A stretch of 63,988 bases of DNA, counting the filler, from Ministeria vibrans ATCC 50519 (lineage: Eukaryota; Protista; Filasterea): assembly GCA_943704425.1 (NCBI GenBank). It is 13 parts of 13 records of this genome, joined end to end, with 100 filler letters (N's around TTAATTAATTAA, not from the genome) between each part and the next. Parts side by side here need not be neighbours in the genome. Positions count along the whole stretch, not along the records: positions 47,949 to 53,173 come from CALSCP010002355.1; positions 53,274 to 55,364 come from CALSCP010001614.1; positions 55,465 to 57,135 come from CALSCP010000622.1; positions 57,236 to 58,436 come from CALSCP010000743.1; positions 58,537 to 60,902 come from CALSCP010000661.1; 8 more parts are not named here. The stretch is one strand, 5' to 3'. The stretch's first letter is position 1. Every line of letters starts with the position of its first letter. Position numbers and translations under genes: made by a program. Positions 47,949 through 59,851 of this stretch are shown here, one piece after another. A model generated the notes under the pieces. The model saw only the letters and a list, made by a program, of their open reading frames with translations. It made no database searches and was not told where the DNA came from.

Positions 47949-50900
47949 GCTGAGCGATGTGTTTGCGTATGTGCGGGGTGAGGGGGTGAAGTTGTTCTGT
48001 GAAGATGAGACTGGGCCAGACCAGGTGGACGGTGCACTGGCGACAATGAAGGGACACAAGGACAACGTGAGTGGCATTGCGATCACTCCAGATGAGCAAT
48101 TTCTGGTCAGTGTGTGTTCGGACAGGACTCTCATGGTGTGGGAATTGAAGAATCACGCACATGTGCGAACTGTTGAGACTGGCCACACAGCGTACGATTG
48201 TTTGTTTCGATGGTTTCTTCTCATTTGATTGTGTTGTTTTCACAGTTTCATCAATTGTGTGTCAGTGTCTCCCGATGGACTGAGAATGGTCACTGGCTCA
48301 GCTGACTGCACTTTGAAAGTGTTCTTGTTTGAGAGTGGAGAGTGTGTTATGACTCTCACTGGACACAAACAGTAAGACATTTGTCCAAATGAGTTTTGTC
48401 TGATTTCTGTTTGTGTTTTCTCTGTAGATCCGTTGAGGCGTGCGAATATTCGACTGATGGACTGTTCATTGCGAGTGGATCATATGATGACACAGTGAAA
48501 GTGTGGAATGCGCAAACTGGAGCGTGCACAATCACTCTCACTGGTCACTCAGTGTAAGTGTGTTTGTGATTTCTTTTGTTTCGGCTGATGTCATTCTTTT
48601 GTTAGTTTGATCTACTCAGTGGTTTGGTCTCCCGACAATTTGCAAGTGCTCAGTGGCTCAGCTGACAACACACTCAAGCTGTGGGACCGTGAGAGTGGAA
48701 AGTGTCTCATGACACTCACTGGACACTCAGAGTATGACAAATCCACTCATTTGCACTTTCATTCAATTTTCTTTTCTCGTTTTTAGGGGAGTGTGTTCAG
48801 TTGATTTCTCACCAAATGGACTGAATGTGCTCAGTGGCTCAGATGACAGCACAATCAAACATTGGGACATCAAGAGTGGAAATTGTGTCGTCACTTTCAC
48901 TGGTCACTCAGAGTAAGAGTAAATAACCAATTCTGAATCACTTTTTTTATGTCTTATTTAGGTCTGTTTTGTGTGTGAAATATTCACCAAATGGAATGAA
49001 AGTGCTCAGTGGCTCCGGTGACAACACTGTAAAACTGTGGTGTGTTTTGAGTGGAGAGTGCGAGCGCACCTTTGTGGGACACACAAGGTAAGAATGAGAA
49101 TGAGAAGAGACAAAATGCATTTGAGTGTGTCTGACTCACTTTTGGAAATGTGTAGCGGCATTTACTCATTGGCACTCACTCGCAATGGACTGACTGTCTA
49201 CACTGGCTCTCGTGACAATACCATTCTCGTGTGGTCTTGTGCAAAGGGAACGCACATTGAAACACACTCCGTCGAACAGTTCGTGCTCAACTCAGATCTC
49301 ATTCTTGTTTGACTCATTTTCGCTTTTGTTCTCAGTGCTCCCAAATCGATTGAGTTCTCTTTGGACGGACACGCACTCCACATTGAGTGTGAGTCAGACA
49401 CAGTTGATTGGTCCGTTGCTGACACGCTCGAGCTGCACAATCCGTAAGAGACACACACACTCACTCCCAAACGCAGACCCTTTACACTCGATGTGTGTTA
49501 CTTGCAGGAACACATTCCACCGATCAGCCTTCAAGTCGGCGCTGGGTCGTGGGTCGGTCGAGTCACTGTCGATGAAAGTGCTGTTTATGGGTGCAGTGAA
49601 GGCGGGCAAGACGGCACTACTTGCGGCACTGCAGGGACACTCATTGCCCGAGGAGAAAGACCGGTCGATTGCCACACGATTTCAGCGCATGCGACTGGTG
49701 TTCAACAAGGAGGGGGGCTTCTTTGAGGCAGTGCCGGTGGAGGAGTACCGTTTGAAGAGCATGATTGGAGAGAAGAAGGTGGTGTTGGTGGAGGAGGAGG
49801 ACGGAGGAGGAGGAGGAGGAGGAGAGAGTGAGACTGCAGGGAGTGCTTCGAGTGGGCGCTCGGCAGTGATTGCCCCAGCTCACCCTGTGCCAACAACATC
49901 ATCATCAACCACGACGCGTATGACACCAACACCTGCCACACCCATCGCCATTACTGCCGGTGCCAGTGCCCTCACGATGAGTGCGGTCCAAGACCTGCTC
50001 AAGGGCGAACTGAGCGAGCAGCACATTGATCTAGACACTTTCGACTTTGCTGGTGAGAACGAATTGACAGTTTCACTGTACCTCGAATAGACACTCATTT
50101 CTTTCTATTACATCAGGTGAAGCAATGTTTGACTCGCTGCCTGCGCTGTTTATGGGCTCCGAGTCGGCCTACATCCTTGTCTTTGACCTGTCCGTCATGA
50201 ACGACGCCACACAAGCACAGCGGCAGTACGAGCACCTGTCCAAGTGGGCTCACCTGATTGCGCACCAAGTGCCGGAGACGCTCACGTCGTACTTCCGCGT
50301 GCTCATTGTAGGCACCCATCTCGACACGTTCCCCGACGACACTGCGCCGTCGTCGCTGCTGCGTACTGTCTCTGATGACATTGATCGCGTCGTGGGACCG
50401 GTGTTGGGCAACCACTTGATTTTGCCAGAGTCTGGTCGCACTCCGTTCTTCCAAGTGGGCAGCGCAAAGGGCATTGGCCTGCGCGAGCTCAGCGAGGGGA
50501 TGCGTGCTGCAGTGCGTGGTCGGCGATTGCCACTGGAGTATGTGTGTGCACAGGATCTGGTTGGTCGGTGGTCGCGGATGGGCCGCATTGAGCTGCTGTC
50601 GTCTGTCGCTGATCTGCCGAGTGTCGTTTTGAGTGAGACCACGCCGGTCATCACAGTCGGGTCGCTGGTCCCCGACGAGTACGCACTGCGCACAGGACTG
50701 GTGCCATACCTTGAGGAGGCTGCGGATGTGTTGGTGTGTCGTGAGGACTCGAGTACACGAGGCGTGAGTGCTTCGGACACGATTGTGTTTGATGTGCCGC
50801 GTTTGATTGCGGCTGTTGAGTTGCTGTGCTCGGTGGTGATGGCACAGTGGAAGCGGGCGACGAGTGATCGCGCGCTTGACATGCTTGATCTGGTGAAGGC

Positions 50901-52175
50901 GGCAGGACGGCGACTGGACAACAAAAAGACGTTGAAGCTGTTTGCCGAGCTGGACGAGGCACGACAGAGGTCGGAAGAGGGATTCCCTGTTGACGTTGCG
51001 TTGTGGCTCGTGTGGACTGCGGCGGCGCGTGAGGCGAAGGGCGAGCCGCTCCTGGCTGGTGCGGACGTCCCAGACGGGCTGACGCTTTTTTCGGCACTTG
51101 AGCGACTGAGTCTTGTGTTCCAACACAACACTCGCTTGCTCGTGCCGATGCTGCTGCCTGAACATGCACCGTTTGTCAAGACAGCGACAGCCGCACCAGT
51201 ACAGGTGATGCTGTACCAGGTGGTGAAAGACGAAGAGGACACGCACTCCGTGCTTCCCGTGTCACTGGCGACCTTCCATCTGGTTGTGGTGGCGCTGTGG
51301 CGCGAGACGATGAATGTGTGTGCGATCCGAGCGACTCAGCGATGCACGGATGTGCTTGTGATGGACAGGTGTGCTCCTGTGCGACTGCGTCTCAATGCGG
51401 GTGAGGATTTCATCCGTGTGGAGGTATTTGACGATGGGGGGCCACCGGAGCGAGTAGTGGCGACGTTGCATCGGGTGAGCACGCGAGTGTGTGACCAGAC
51501 GCGGAGTCTGCGGTGGGGATGGCGCGGTGTGCCTGTGCTTGTGCCCGCGAGTCCAATGAAACCATCACTGCCTCTGTTTCGACCATTGGATGTGGCTGCG
51601 TCACCCGATGTGTACCGTGAAGAGGGGACGCTGGGTGCGGTGCTGCACAGCAAGGAACCGCGGGAGTGCAACAAGAAGCTTGAAGAGTGGTGGACCAAGC
51701 GAGTCGGTAAGCTGATCACCGTCACCAGAATCAGTACATAAGTTTTGTTTTTTTTTTTTTTTTTACTGTAGCTTGCAATGTGGGACCGCGTTNNNNNNNN
51801 NGCAACTCGGGGGCACTGCTGCCGCCCGACCGAATCCAGACGGAGGCGTCGGTGGTGCAAGGGCGGTCGGTGTTTGCGCGCCAGATCATGACGAGTGCAC
51901 TGCGCGATGCTTTTGGCTACGTCGCGCTCGACGGGACGCGCACGCGTCTGACCGAGCTGCTTCAACGGGCCTTTGGGCCAGCAACATTGGGGGTGTTCCG
52001 CGATGGCGAGGAGTCGCTGACGGCGGTTGAGCTGCGACAGCGACTGCAACAGCTAGACAAGGAGGACACGTTCCAGGCGTTTCTGGTGGGGCGCATATGG
52101 GACGAGTGGTGCGGCACGCCCAACGAGGGGGATGTTGTCTTCTTCAAGACGGGTGCTGGTTTGGTCATTGTGTGA
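47949..52175 (+). CDS. WD40-repeat plus Roc-COR (ROCO) GTPase, 5' truncated
   Basis: Seven to eight WD40 repeats (GH...SGSxDxTxKxW); Roc motifs KVLFMGAVKAGKTALL, TFDFAGEAMF, SAYILVFDLS, VLIVGTHLD, FQVGS; followed by a COR-like region (LLVPMLLP, FHLVVVAL). Confidence 0.85.
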
Positions 52176-52181
52176 ACGAAT

Positions 52182-52288
<107 letters not shown>

Positions 52289-52351
52289 TGTATCAAACAG
52301 AGTTTGGTTTCCGATCCGTTGCATAAAATTGACTGTGTTCGGCGGGAGAAA

Positions 52352-52441
52352 CGCAGACTGCACCCCCTGAAAAATTTAAATCGCAGACTGCACTCTTTTC
52401 GCAGACTGCACTCTTTCATAATTTCGACTCGCAGACTGCAC
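52352..52441 (+). repeat. Four direct copies of CGCAGACTGCAC
   Basis: Copies at 52352, 52382, 52400 and 52430. Confidence 0.85.
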
Positions 52442-53053
52442 CCTTTTGAGTCTATGACTCAACGAGTTGTTCCTGCATTGATTGCTCTTGCAGATGGGTC
52501 TGTACATGGACCATCCCAGCGACAAGTAGTCGACTTGGGCGCGACTATACGCATGAGACGACGTCGTTTTTCTTCTCGAAAGAAGAAAGTTCATTCAGGG
52601 AGTCCTTTTAGGGCCATCTACTGCCTGACTCCCCCCATTACACCTCGTAGCTGGAATGAATGAAATATATCTGATTCTAAACCTAGCGCCTCTTTTGCCT
52701 TTTCTGCCCAAGAACCTGCAAAATAAATCTCAAGCAGTTCCACTTCAGGTTCAACAGTCCAATATAGTACATAATTCGGTCGATATCTGTTATTGGAACA
52801 CAACTTTACAATGTTTTTCGCAACATAATAAGTTTCCAATACACATGCTGTTTGATAATATTACATATGGCGAAATATAGTGCGTGTTGGCAACTTACAC
52901 GGTTTATCATAAATTTGCACGGCTTAAGTTAAAGCGCCTAAAAACGCTTCTCTGCGGCCAAATCTGACTAATGCGACACGACCACTCCTCGCAGATGACT
53001 AGAAATTTGCAGGTAAAATCAATCAATGGAAAAGGTGTGTAATCGGAACTTTC

Positions 53054-53173
53054 TTTTTTTTGGAAGTCCTAGGGCAAAAGCTTCATTGTACAAGACAATC
53101 TAGCCATCCGAAGCGGCTGCTTCACCCCCGCATGGGCCGAAGCGGACATTCCGAGAGACTTGCATGCAAAGCC
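53054..53173 (-). mobile_element. Short poly(A) retroposon, copy C (cut by contig end)
   Basis: Near-identical to the reverse complement of 4416-4526. Confidence 0.8.
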
Positions 53174-53273
53174 NNNNNNNNNNNNNNNNNNNNNNNNNNN
53201 NNNNNNNNNNNNNNNNNTTAATTAATTAANNNNNNNNNNNNNNNNNNNNNNNNNNNNNNNNNNNNNNNNNNNN

Positions 53274-53376
<103 letters not shown>

Positions 53377-53422
53377 TTTATGCAATAAAACACTTCATCA
53401 AAAAAGATGTTAAACCGTTTAC

Positions 53423-54476
53423 CTTGAAGTAAGATTTGTACATGCCCGCTGGCTCAACTTGCTGGCAACGTGAAGGACGGAATCTCTTGTCCTTCTTCGC
53501 CATATCATCCTACACGCACACACACACACACACACATACATACACACACACACACATACATACAAATATACAGACAGACAAACGATCAGATATCCCATGC
53601 CACGGTGACGTTCGACAGACAAATCATGTCCGGTACCTCGTCCCAGACAACGAGTGTCGCCATCGCCTCGTTGACCGTTTTCGTTTCCATCTCAATGTGC
53701 CGTCCGAGCTTGAACGGCGCAATTTTCCCCACACCAAAACGTCCAATAGACGTACGCGACTCGTGCTCTTCGTTTCCACTGCCGCCAAGCAGAAGATACT
53801 CGCTCTTGACCCGTTCAAAGGTCAATCCGCATCCATTGTCCTCAATGGTGATTTTCTACAGAGCACAACCAACGACGTAAGTAATGAGCAACTTCGGACG
53901 CAATGGCGGCAAGCACACTTGCGTGACAGTCTGACGCGCGCACTCGACATTCGCGCGGCTGTCGGCACCACGCCACGGAGTTTTGTCAGTGCGTTTTCTT
54001 TCGTGCGAGGTTGACACAACGACTTAGAAAAGTCTCCTTTCTTGCTATTGGCAAGTGTTTCACGCGCTCCTCGACGCTGATTACGTCCACAGCAATATAA
54101 CAAGAACACCTAGAGCAAAGCGGATGCGCAACGAGCGCATGCTGACGTTTGCTGTCGAGAAGAAGTCGGAACTTGGTTGCAAAGGGCGCGCTGAAAAAAC
54201 GAAGATGGCCATGACGCGCATCGTTACCGCGATGGGTGATCCAGCGGGCCCCGTGGACCTGACGCTGATTCGAGGCTTCTTGACCTTCGAGCTGCGGATG
54301 GCATCGGCAGAGTTCTCTGTGTGTGCAGAGAGATGTGTTAAGGCAAACGCTCCTTTTTCGTTCGTTGTCTTTCTCGTACCGATAATCTCTGTAAAAGCAT
54401 TCTCAAAAGTCAGGCTAGCGACATGACTTTTGATCACATTTGCCATAGGCGTTAGGTCGTGAGGGGCCTCCGACAT
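53423..54476 (-). CDS. GHKL (HATPase_c_3/MORC-like) ATPase N-terminus, intron-containing, 3' truncated
   Basis: Spliced N-box AFTEIIENSADAI, G1 ITIEDNGCGL, G2 IGRFGVGKIAPFKLGRHIEMETKT. Confidence 0.8.
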
Positions 54477-54721
54477 GGCGAATTTTGATAGGAATAATTA
54501 ATATGATTGTTATTTGATATTGATTGATAGAAACGACGAGATAATCAGTCAATCACTTACTTATCACACAGCGTGTACACGCTCTTCCTTCTCATCTTTC
54601 AGGTATTTGGCATATTTTAAGGTTTTAATCTCTTTGTGACGTGAGTTTGTTCAGTTTGCCGACATCTGACAATATAATTATCCTTATTACTATTATTGTA
54701 TTGAGCATTTCAGAAATCCGC

Positions 54722-55175
54722 TTACTTGTCTCCCATCGGCTTGCCATGCCGCCCTTCGCCGCGTGAAAACCTCGCTGCACCCTCGACTCCCTCGCTCGTG
54801 GCAACGGCATATCCTGCATCAAACTCCTTGGCAAGCGCCTCTGTCTCAGTCAGCGACCACTGTTGCTTTGCAGAGCGCAGGTCACCGCGAAGGCTACGAG
54901 GCAAAAAGCACAACGCGAGAGTCAGCTGCGGCCCACACATCTCTCTAAAAGATGGGGATATTTCTTTTGCGGGTAATGGGTCATACCATAACTGAGGAAA
55001 CGCCGCAATTTGTGTTGCAAGGGCGACGGCTGCATCGAGAACCGACTCGTCCGCCGACACCAGTCGGTTCACCAGACCCATCGAGTGAGCCTCAGTCGCG
55101 TTTACAAGACGTCCTGTCAGGATCAGGTCCAAGGCTTGCGCTTGTCCAATGAGACGAGGTAACCGTACAGTTCCC
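54722..55175 (-). CDS. Enoyl-CoA hydratase/isomerase (crotonase) C-terminal exons
   Basis: GTVRLPRLIG..ALDLILTGR.V.A.EA..MGLVNRLV, C-terminal EGAARFSRGEGRHG. Confidence 0.9.
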
Positions 55176-55233
55176 TTGAACAACAACATTGTAAGTTATT
55201 TCCCTCACTTGTTTCTTTCTCCACACACACACA

Positions 55234-55364
<131 letters not shown>

Positions 55365-55464
55365 NNNNNNNNNNNNNNNNNNNNNNNNNNNNNNNNNNNN
55401 NNNNNNNNTTAATTAATTAANNNNNNNNNNNNNNNNNNNNNNNNNNNNNNNNNNNNNNNNNNNN

Positions 55465-55498
<34 letters not shown>

Positions 55499-55523
55499 TG
55501 TTGATACATTGGTTCGGAAACAG

Positions 55524-56194
55524 GGCGCTTTGCAGAGGCGGCGTTCATGGCGCGCACGTACGCTCCTTCGATGATGCCTGCGGCTGTGGCTGCGTGGCGC
55601 GACGATCTCGCCAAGACAAACCCGAAGGCAGCTCAGGCGTTGGCGGATCCCGCCGAGTACGCCAATCTTTTTCCCGAACTACAGGGTGCGCTCCAGGCCG
55701 AGCAGATGCTTGCTCACGAACGTTCCATGTCCATTCCCGCCAACGCGTTTCCCGAATTTTGCAAGAGGTTTGACCATATATGCGATTTGAGAAAATGTTG
55801 TGACACTTTTGTTTTTGTTTGTGTGTGCAGGATGCAAGGACGCGACGTGGTGTCAGAGGCAATGGCGCGAATGGCGGCAGCCAGTGCCCCTGTTGAGACT
55901 GTAGCCCAGGTAGTACCAGAGGTGGCTGCACCTGAAGCCACGGTGGCGCCCGTTGCAGCCGAGGCGGATGTGACTACTGAGATGACTACTGAGACGACGG
56001 CTGTCACTGAGGCCGAGCCAGTTGTTGAAGAAGTTGAGGCGGCGACTGTCGCTGTGGTAGATGAAGCGGTGGACGACACTGCGGCGCTCATGGCGGAGGC
56101 AGTGCAGCAGAGTCTGGACGACGAACTGGACGATCTTTTGGACAACACTGTGGCCACGGGCGACGACGATTTCGACGAAGATTTGTTGGATTGA
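55524..56194 (+). CDS. COPB2: Coatomer beta' subunit, C-terminal exons
   Basis: EAAFMARTYAPS...WRDDLAKTNPKAAQALADPAEYANLFP plus an acidic tail. Confidence 0.9.
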
Positions 56195-56311
56195 AAGGAG
56201 AGAGCGCGAGACTGAGAGACAGAGAAAACAAGACGAAAATGAAAGAAATGAAAAAGCCAAACAGTACTATTTTTTTTTTTTTTGCAATCCAAAAGAAACA
56301 AAAAAAGGGGT

Positions 56312-56949
56312 TTATTTCACGACGAATTGGCTGATGCCTGGATGCTCACGCTGGCGCTTGAGGGCCGCCTGGCTCTTGGTGTAGTCGATTTTCTTGAGCA
56401 TGGACGAGAGACGGTCGGACCAGGTGGAGATGCGGGCGTCAAGAAGCTGCCACTGTTCAGGACCAAATGAGCGGAACGTGGTGTGATGGACCTTGACGGT
56501 CTTGTTCAGCTGATCGATGCGTGCACCGAGCAACTTGGCCGCAATGGCTTGAATCACCCAACGCTCCACGTCGCTCTCGGGCACGCTCAGAGCAGCAGCA
56601 CTGTACAAGAGGGAAGGAAGGGAGGAGACGAACGGCGGTGAAGGTGAGACGAGACAAAAAGAAAAGAGTTGGGGGGAGTGTCGTACATGGCTTCGAAGGA
56701 AAGAGGGGAAGGGCCCGTTGCGAGAGCACAGAGGGTGAGCAAACGCATTTTATGGCGGGTCTGGTCAAGGTCAATGCCGAGGGCGGAGCCATGGGTCTTG
56801 GCAAGGGCCTCAAAATCGGAGAGAGAGCCCGAGACAAGCACATCAAGAAGCTGGAACACGGGGTCGTTTGCTTTCTTCAGATGGAGGACGGCGGGAAGGG
56901 ACACCAAGTGGTCATAAAGGTAGGTGGTCTTGGATGCAGCCGCAGCCAC
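56312..56949 (-). CDS. EIF3M: Translation initiation factor eIF3 subunit M (PCI), C-terminal exons
   Basis: YDHLVSLPAV, KMRLLTL, VERWVIQAI..KLLGARIDQ, TFRSFGPEQWQLL. Confidence 0.88.
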
Positions 56950-57036
56950 TAAGTGAGACAATAAGAGAGAGAGAGAGGAGGGAGAAAGAAACAAGTGATA
57001 GAGAGAGAGAGAGAGGAGGGAGAAAGAAACAAAGTA

Positions 57037-57135
<99 letters not shown>

Positions 57136-57235
57136 NNNNNNNNNNNNNNNNNNNNNNNNNNNNNNNNNNNNNNNNNNNNTTAATTAATTAANNNNNNNNN
57201 NNNNNNNNNNNNNNNNNNNNNNNNNNNNNNNNNNN

Positions 57236-57547
57236 CAGAGAGAGGAGAAAGAAACAAAGTGAGAGAGAGAGAAAGAAAGAAACAAAGTGACAGAGAGAGG
57301 AGAAAGAAACAAAGTGACAGAGAGAGGAGAAAGAAACAAAGTGAGAGAGAGAGAAAGAAAGAAACAAAGTGACAGAGAGAGGAGAAAGAAACAAAGTGAC
57401 AGAGAGAGGAGAAAGAAACAAAGTGACAGAGAGAGGAGAAAGAAACAACGTGACAGAGAGAGGAGAAAGAAACAAAGTGACAGAGAGAGGAGAAAGAAAC
57501 AAAGTGACAGAGAGAGAGGAGAAAGAAACAAAGTGATAGAGAGAGAG
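57236..57547. repeat. Intronic minisatellite AGAGGAGAAAGAAACAAAGTGACAG, about 12 units
   Basis: Directly visible tandem array. Confidence 0.9.
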
Positions 57548-57580
57548 AAGTAAACAAAGATGAATTGCTTTGGTAACATA

Positions 57581-58030
57581 CCCTCGATCAGCTTTCGTGC
57601 GACCGACTGAGCGACAACAAGAGGGGCAGTCACATTGACGGACATAATGCGCGACATGGCAGCCACGTTGGAGTGGCACAGGGCAGGAGCGAGGTGCGTG
57701 ATGCCTGCGCAGTTCACCAGCAGGTCGACATTGTTGCACTCCTCCACCGCATTGCGCAGCGCCGTCGGATCGCTCACGTCAACCGCCACCGGACGTATTG
57801 CACAATGCTCTTGTGCTAGTGAGCTGAGCCCGTCGACACAGCGGCCCAGACTGAACACAGCATCGGCTCCTTGTTCAGCGAGCGCCAGAGCAATTCCTCG
57901 GCCAATGCCTGCGGAAGAGACGCCATTCACCACGACTCGCTCTCCTCACGCCGATTGAATTTTATCATTACTCACCTTTTGTGGCACCTGTCACGAGAGC
58001 GGTACGACCGGCAAATTGAAGGAGGCTCAT
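57581..58030 (-). CDS. Short-chain dehydrogenase/reductase, L-xylulose reductase (DCXR)-like, 3' truncated
   Basis: ALVTGATKGIGRGIA (TGxxxGIG), VDLLVNCAG, SVNV...VAQSVARKLI. Confidence 0.8.
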
Positions 58031-58159
58031 TGCAAAAAAAAGTCTAATCAATAATCATTCGAATAACAAGAATCTTTTTGTCTTTTGAATTTAATTGAAT
58101 TTGCGTGACGCTTGTGAGACAGCATCTGCGGTAACGCCTGAGAGAGACACCTCCGCGCC

Positions 58160-58402
58160 ATGTCGCTGGCCCTGTCTGTTGATGTGACTCTCTCGACAAC
58201 CATCAAAAGAAAAAAACCGTTTCCTCGCCTCCACTGGCTGCCTGCCCCGCCAACGGTACCGCATCCGTGCCCAGTGCACCCCAATCTCACATGCTTATGC
58301 TTTCTCTACCGTGCTGCGTTGCTAGAAGCCCTCCAAGGACGCTGTGCGGGCGAACTGGCTGCTGGTCGACAACCAACGGATTGCGCTGCTCTATGCCTCT
58401 GG
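58160..58402 (+). CDS. Possible CPLANE1 (JBTS17/C5orf42)-like N-terminal exons
   Basis: MSLALSVDVTLSTTIKRKKPFPRLHWL resembles the CPLANE1 N-terminus (STGIKQKKPWPRVSWL as recalled); next exon contains WLLVDNQRI. Short fragment. Confidence 0.45.
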
Positions 58403-59038
58403 TACAACGACCCACCCCCCTGCATCCACCCCCCCCNNNNNNNNNNNNNNNNNNNNNNNNNNNNNNNNNNNNNNNNNNNNTTAATTAATTAANNNNNNNN
58501 NNNNNNNNNNNNNNNNNNNNNNNNNNNNNNNNNNNNTCCAAAAGATGGTCAAGGTACAATAGTCTGCAGAATGCCCCCCTTTCTTCCTTCCTGTTCCAAC
58601 GAAATTCGTTCTGCGCTCGTTGAGCCGTTACATTCGTTCTTCAGAAGTTCTTCATTCGTTCTGTTATGTGTCGCCGTTTGCCGGTTGTTTCGAGCGAAGA
58701 GGGGAGACATCGTTCCCTGGGGGGTTACTCAGACTGTGTATCGTTCAAGCCGGCAGGCGGGTCATCAGTTCTTGTGCTGTGACAGTCTTTGTGCTCTTTC
58801 ACTTCTCTTTCACACCACTTTGGAGAAACGAAGGAGAAACGAAGGAGACACGTTTTTGTAACATTGCCCTCAAATGTGGGAAGGGAACACGCCAACGGAG
58901 CTGCCTGTGTGGCGTGGCGGCCCCTCCTACAGAGTACAGACTGCAGTCTGCAGCACAGTCGCATACTATATAGGGGCACATTTCATCGTCACATCCGTTA
59001 CCTTAATTCTGTTTTCATTTTTTTCTCTCATTTTTAGA

Positions 59039-59851
59039 ATGCGTTTTGCGATCGCTCTCTTTGTCGCTGCGCTTTGTGCCACCGGTCTCTCGGACCCATC
59101 ACCGTCGGGCTTTCTTCCTGCTCGCTTTCAGCGATGCCGCGTTGAGGTACCACCGAATGAGCGTTTATTGAACGTTTATTATCAGCTTATTTTAATCTCT
59201 GATGACACAATGATAATTGAGGGCACTAAATTTAATAACAATAATAATAATTTATTATTATTATTAAAAACAGCAATAATAGTATGGGTATTTCAGTGTT
59301 ACTATTTCGTATTTTCATTAATAATTAATGGTTGTATTCTTCGTCTTATTTTTTATTATTAAAAATTATTATTAAAACTTTGTGCACTCGTATTTAATTT
59401 CTTCGTAATTATTATTAATGGTTAATTCTTCTTCTTCAATTAATATATGAGTTGTATTTTTCTCTTTTAATAGATGTACTGCTACGGGCTGGCAGGAGGC
59501 AACGACGTGCCGTCCCCCGACAACACGACTCCCTTGTTGCACTCATCCAGTGCCTATTCGTCGCTGACGTGCAAGTCCCTGTCAAACGATGAGTCGTACT
59601 GTCGCTTTGATTTGTATGCCAAGTCCGATCAATCGATCACCCTCACTGCCGAGGACCTTTACAACGACGATGTTGTCTCCGTTGCTGCGGACGGCACAGC
59701 GAGTGCATGCATGGTCACGGGCAACCTCGGCACAGGCACCATGGCTGCCATCAGCGTCGGCGAAGTCGCGCGTGTTACTCAAAACCCTGCCGACATGAAC
59801 TGCCATATTCTTGCAATCAGCTCAGTCACCGCTGGATTAGACCCTGGGTAA
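59039..59851 (+). CDS. Small secreted Cys-containing protein of unknown family (two exons)
   Basis: Signal peptide MRFAIALFVAALCATG; in-frame GT-AG splice across an AT-rich intron to MYCYG...GLDPG*. Confidence 0.65.

Noticed and set aside
52352-52441. CRISPR array
   Set aside because: 12-bp repeats with 6-18 nt spacers, eukaryotic context, no cas genes.
58675-58775. Minus-strand CTGATGA...GAAAC hammerhead or a riboswitch upstream of the secreted-protein gene
   Set aside because: The base after CTGATGA and the base before GAAA are both C, so stem II cannot close; no TPP core motifs.
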